Shown piece by piece: positions 17,502 to 20,763 of a stretch of DNA of 20,763 nucleotides. Location: assembly GCA_963934255.1 (NCBI GenBank), contig CAWVXU010000045.1, positions 1 to 20,763 on the forward strand. The letters run 5' to 3'. A model generated the notes under the pieces. It did no database searches, was not told the origin of the DNA, and saw only the letters and a program-made list of their open reading frames with translations. The translations under genes and the position numbers were made by a program. The DNA is from an uncultured Fibrobacterales bacterium (lineage in GTDB: Bacteria > Fibrobacterota > Fibrobacteria > Fibrobacterales > CAWVXU01). The stretch's first letter is position 1. Each line of letters begins with the position of its first letter.

Positions 17502-19424
17502 TTATTTCTTTTCTTCTTCAGCTTCAGTTTCTTTGTCATCAACTACTTCGTAGTCAGCATCAACTGCACCATCGTCGTCTTGTGTAGACTGAGCTTGTTC
17601 TTGACCAGGCTCTGCACCTTCAGGGGCAGCTTGTGTAGCTTGAGCAAGTTGACCAAGTAGTGCTTGGAAAGCTTCAGTTTTAGATTTGACTTCTTCAGTG
17701 TTATCTGCTTCAATCGCTTCTTTGATAGCAGAAATTTGTTTGTCGATTTCAGTCTTAAGCTCTGCAGGTACTGCTTCGCCAGCTTCTGAAACTTGTTTTT
17801 CAGCTTGGTAAATCATTTGTTCTGCGTTGTTTTTAACTTCAACTTTTTCTTTTGCTTCTTTATCGGCTTCAGCGTTAGCTTCTGCGTCTTTCATCATGCG
17901 ATCGATTTCTTCTTCAGAGATACCTGAGGATGACTCGATTTTGATTGACTGCTCTTTACCAGTTTCTTTGTCTTTTGCTGAAACGTGTACAATACCGTTT
18001 GCATCAATGTCAAAAGTCACTTCAATTTGAGGTCCGCCACGAGGTTTTGGTGGAATCTCAGATAGGTCAAAGCGTCCAAGAGTTCTGTTGCCAGAAGCCA
18101 TTTCGCGTTCACCTTGAAGTACGTGAATAGTCACTGTAGGTTGATTGTCTTCTGCAGTTGAGAATACTTGTGATTTTTTCGCAGGCACAGTCGTGTTGCG
18201 TTCAATCAATTTAGTCATCACACCACCCATAGTCTCAATACCAAGAGAAAGAGGAGTCACATCCAAAAGAAGTACATCTTTTACAGCGTCATCACCAGCA
18301 AGAACACCAGCTTGAACTGAAGCACCAATTGCAACAACTTCGTCAGGATTCACACCTTTATGTGGGTCTTTACCAAAGAATGATTTCACAGCTTCTTGGA
18401 TAGCTGGAATACGTGTAGATCCACCTACTAATATTACTTCTGTGATTTCAGAAGTTGAAAGTCCAGCGTCTTGGATACATTTGCGAACAGGATCCATTGA
18501 ACGTTTTACAAGGGCCGCAGTCATGTCTTCAAATTTTGCACGAGACAAAGTAAGATCAAGGTGTTTAGGACCTGATGCATCAGCTGTGATAAATGGAAGG
18601 TTGATTGCTGCAGAGTTTGTACCTGAAAGATCAATTTTTGCTTTTTCAGCAGCTTCTTTAAGACGTTGAAGAGCCATTTTGTCTTTACGTAGATCAAGTC
18701 CGCTATTGTCTTTAGCAAATTCATCAGCGATCCAATTGATGATAATATCATCAAAGTTGTCGCCACCAAGAGAAGTATCACCATTCGTTGCAAGTACTTC
18801 AAAAACGCCATCACCGATATCAAGAACAGAGATGTCAAATGTACCACCACCAAGGTCATATACAGCGATTTTACCTGAAGCACCATCAAGGCCATATGCA
18901 AGAGCTGCAGCAGTTGGTTCGTTGACAATACGTAGGACTTCAAGACCAGCAATTTTACCAGCATCTTTAGTTGCTTGACGTTGTGAGTCATTAAAGTAAG
19001 CAGGAACTGTAACAACAGCTTGAGTTACTGTTTCACCTAAATAGTCTTCAGCAATTTTTTTCATTTGTTGAAGGATGATTGCAGAAATTTCTGGAGGAGA
19101 AATTTGTTTGCCATCAATGTCAACTTTAACAGCATCAGATGCGGCACCAACAAGTGTGTATGGTACAGTTTTCTCAGCAGAAGAAACTTCTGAATGAGTA
19201 CGACCCATGAAACGTTTGATTGAGTAAACAGTTTTAGTTGGGTTAGTGATTGCTTGACGTTTAGCTACATCACCGACAAGACGTTCGTCGTCTTTGGTGA
19301 AACCAACGATTGATGGTGTTGTGCGTTTGCCTTCTGCATTAGCGATAACAGTTGGTTTACCACCTTCCATTACAGCGACACACGAGTTTGTAGTTCCTAA
19401 GTCTATTCCGATAATTTTACCCAT
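17502..19424 (-). CDS. dnaK: Chaperone DnaK (Hsp70)
   Basis: [51 protein letters not shown]; carries the N-terminal insert typical of diderms. Confidence 0.99.
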   Translation of the reverse strand: MGKIIGIDLGTTNSCVAVMEGGKPTVIANAEGKRTTPSIVGFTKDDERLVGDVAKRQAITNPTKTVYSIKRFMGRTHSEVSSAEKTVPYTLVGAASDAVKVDIDGKQISPPEISAIILQQMKKIAEDYLGETVTQAVVTVPAYFNDSQRQATKDAGKIAGLEVLRIVNEPTAAALAYGLDGASGKIAVYDLGGGTFDISVLDIGDGVFEVLATNGDTSLGGDNFDDIIINWIADEFAKDNSGLDLRKDKMALQRLKEAAEKAKIDLSGTNSAAINLPFITADASGPKHLDLTLSRAKFEDMTAALVKRSMDPVRKCIQDAGLSTSEITEVILVGGSTRIPAIQEAVKSFFGKDPHKGVNPDEVVAIGASVQAGVLAGDDAVKDVLLLDVTPLSLGIETMGGVMTKLIERNTTVPAKKSQVFSTAEDNQPTVTIHVLQGEREMASGNRTLGRFDLSEIPPKPRGGPQIEVTFDIDANGIVHVSAKDKETGKEQSIKIESSSGISEEEIDRMMKDAEANAEADKEAKEKVEVKNNAEQMIYQAEKQVSEAGEAVPAELKTEIDKQISAIKEAIEADNTEEVKSKTEAFQALLGQLAQATQAAPEGAEPGQEQAQSTQDDDGAVDADYEVVDDKETEAEEEKK

Positions 19425-19454
19425 GATAGGTCTCCTTGGTTTTTTTAAAATTTA

Positions 19455-20075
19455 TTAAGCGCCAGCTGATACGATAACTTTAGCGTGGCGAATGACTTTG
19501 TCTTTTACTTTATAGCCTTTTTGAAAGACTTGTAATATATGGTCTGCTTCAACTTCTTCCGAAGGTTGCTGCATGAGAGCTTCATGCTCATTTGGATTAA
19601 AAGGTGTCCCAGATGGGTCAATTGTTTCAAGTCCAAAATCGCCAAGTACTTTTTTGAATTGGCCTGCAATTAAGTGAATCCCTTTAGAGAAGTCTTCATG
19701 ATTGTCAGCGCCACCCTCAGTTTCAATTGCACGATCAAAGTTATCTGCAACTTCACAAAGTTCACCTAAGATTTTCGAGTTTGCTCTATCGACTAGCTCT
19801 AAATTTTCTCTTGCTGTACGACGACGATAGTTGTCGAATTCAGCATGGAGGCGAAGGTATTTATTACTGAGGTCTTTATATTCATCAGAATCTTTAACAG
19901 ACACAGTTTGGATTCCTTCAATTGCTTCTTCTAATACATCTGCTTCTTCTATTTCAATTTCTACAGAGTTTTCTTCAACTTGATTAGATTGTTGAGTCCC
20001 TTCAGATGACTCAGCTGCTTCACTTACAACTGCTTCTTCGTCTAACTCTTCATTTTGAATGTTTTCTTTTGTCAT
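19455..20075 (-). CDS. grpE: Nucleotide exchange factor GrpE
   Basis: LRLHAEFDNYRRR, FNPNEHEAL, VFQKGYKVKDKVIRHAKVIV; directly upstream of dnaK. Confidence 0.97.
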   Translation of the reverse strand: MTKENIQNEELDEEAVVSEAAESSEGTQQSNQVEENSVEIEIEEADVLEEAIEGIQTVSVKDSDEYKDLSNKYLRLHAEFDNYRRRTARENLELVDRANSKILGELCEVADNFDRAIETEGGADNHEDFSKGIHLIAGQFKKVLGDFGLETIDPSGTPFNPNEHEALMQQPSEEVEADHILQVFQKGYKVKDKVIRHAKVIVSAGA

Positions 20076-20117
20076 TGACTGATACTTTCAAAGAAATGGT
20101 TTCTTATTTTTCTTTAG

Positions 20118-20135
20118 AGCGATGTTTATGCCAAG
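20118..20135 (-). promoter_or_regulatory. Sigma54 (-24/-12) promoter of grpE-dnaK-dnaJ
   Basis: Minus strand CTTGGCATAAACATCGCT: TTGGCA box and exact GG-N10-GC spacing, 43 nt upstream of the grpE ATG and correctly oriented. Confidence 0.7.
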
Positions 20136-20226
20136 TTTCTATAGGCACCTTAAAATGCATTTTTTCGTTCAAAAAGGGCAATTTTACAGTTGTTTAAAAT
20201 AAACTTGAATCATATTGTTGTGGGAG

Positions 20227-20243
20227 TGTTTCAATATTGAACA
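20227..20243. promoter_or_regulatory. Candidate upstream activator sequence (bEBP box)
   Basis: TGTTTCAATATTGAACA, a TGT-N11-ACA palindrome about 95 bp upstream of the -24 element; 15/17 identical to the box at 16102-16118. Confidence 0.6.
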
Positions 20244-20294
20244 GCTTAAATAGAGTAGTTTTGGAGCGCTGTTTGATTGTGCAAAGCTTTATAT

Positions 20295-20329
20295 AAAAAA
20301 AGCTGCCTCAGATTATCTGAAGCAGCTTT
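20295..20329 (-). terminator. Intrinsic terminator of groEL
   Basis: Minus strand AAAGCTGCTTCAGA-taa-TCTGAGGCAGCTTTTTTT. Confidence 0.9.
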
Positions 20330-20382
20330 AAAGTTTTGGATTGAGTTCAAATTAAAACTCGAATTCAACACAGGGGAATGAT

Positions 20383-20763
20383 TTACATCATTCCGCCCAT
20401 GCCTCCCATTCCACCCATAGCAGCTGCAGCAGCGCCACCATCATCTTGAGATGGAAGATCAGCTACGATACATTCTGTAGTAAGAACAAGACCAGCAATT
20501 GAAGCAGCATTTTTAAGAGCAGACTTCGTTACTTTAGTTGGATCAATAACACCCGCAGCAAGTAGATCTTCATAGACATCTGTTTTGGCGTTATAACCAT
20601 GAGAACCTTCAAGCTCTTCAACTTTGTTCACAATAACAGAACCTTCAAGGCCTGAGTTGATCACGATTTGACGAAGAGGTGCACTTGCTGCTTTCAAAAT
20701 GATTTGAGCGCCAAGTTGTTGGTCATGATTTTCATAGCCGTCGACTTTAATAGAAGTTGCCGC
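20383..20763 (-). CDS. groEL: Chaperonin GroEL, 3' part (gene begins outside window)
   Basis: Frame open to the window edge; [32 protein letters not shown]-terminal GGM repeats. Confidence 0.98.
   Translation of the reverse strand, partial: AATSIKVDGYENHDQQLGAQIILKAASAPLRQIVINSGLEGSVIVNKVEELEGSHGYNAKTDVYEDLLAAGVIDPTKVTKSALKNAASIAGLVLTTECIVADLPSQDDGGAAAAAMGGMGGMGGMM

Noticed and set aside
17057..19015. Antisense and alternate-frame ORFs over dnaJ/dnaK, and similar ones over ilvB, both chitin genes, map, helicase, trmH, metG and the bEBP
   Set aside because: Fully overlap well-supported genes and have no recognisable motifs; codon-bias shadows.
20208..20220. IHF-like site AATCATATTGTTG between enhancer and sigma54 promoter
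   Set aside because: One mismatch to a short degenerate consensus in AT-rich DNA and farther upstream than usual; too weak to call.

Overview
AT-rich bacterial chromosome segment from a diderm, plausibly FCB/Fibrobacterota-like given a T9SS-style C-terminal sorting domain and a chitinase cluster; the taxonomy is inference only. In order: the 5' part of an NADPH-dependent FMN reductase with a coupled upstream micro-ORF, an unrecognised exported protein, ilvN-ilvB, radC, a three-gene chitin-type locus (GH18, CBM-like protein with sorting domain, GH18 lipoprotein), map, DEAD-box helicase, SpoU/TrmH methyltransferase, metG, a DUF2007/zinc-ribbon protein, and a minus-strand cluster groEL(3' end)-grpE-dnaK-dnaJ followed by a sigma54 enhancer-binding protein (bEBP). 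The most notable signal is regulatory. grpE-dnaK-dnaJ is preceded by a correctly spaced sigma54 -24/-12 promoter and a 17-bp palindrome, with no CIRCE or hrcA visible. The same palindrome (15/17 identical) recurs at the putative promoter of the neighbouring bEBP, whose receiver domain lacks the phospho-accepting Asp. This suggests a phosphorylation-independent, autoregulated sigma54 circuit controlling the DnaK chaperone operon. No rRNA, tRNA, CRISPR array or mobile element was seen.
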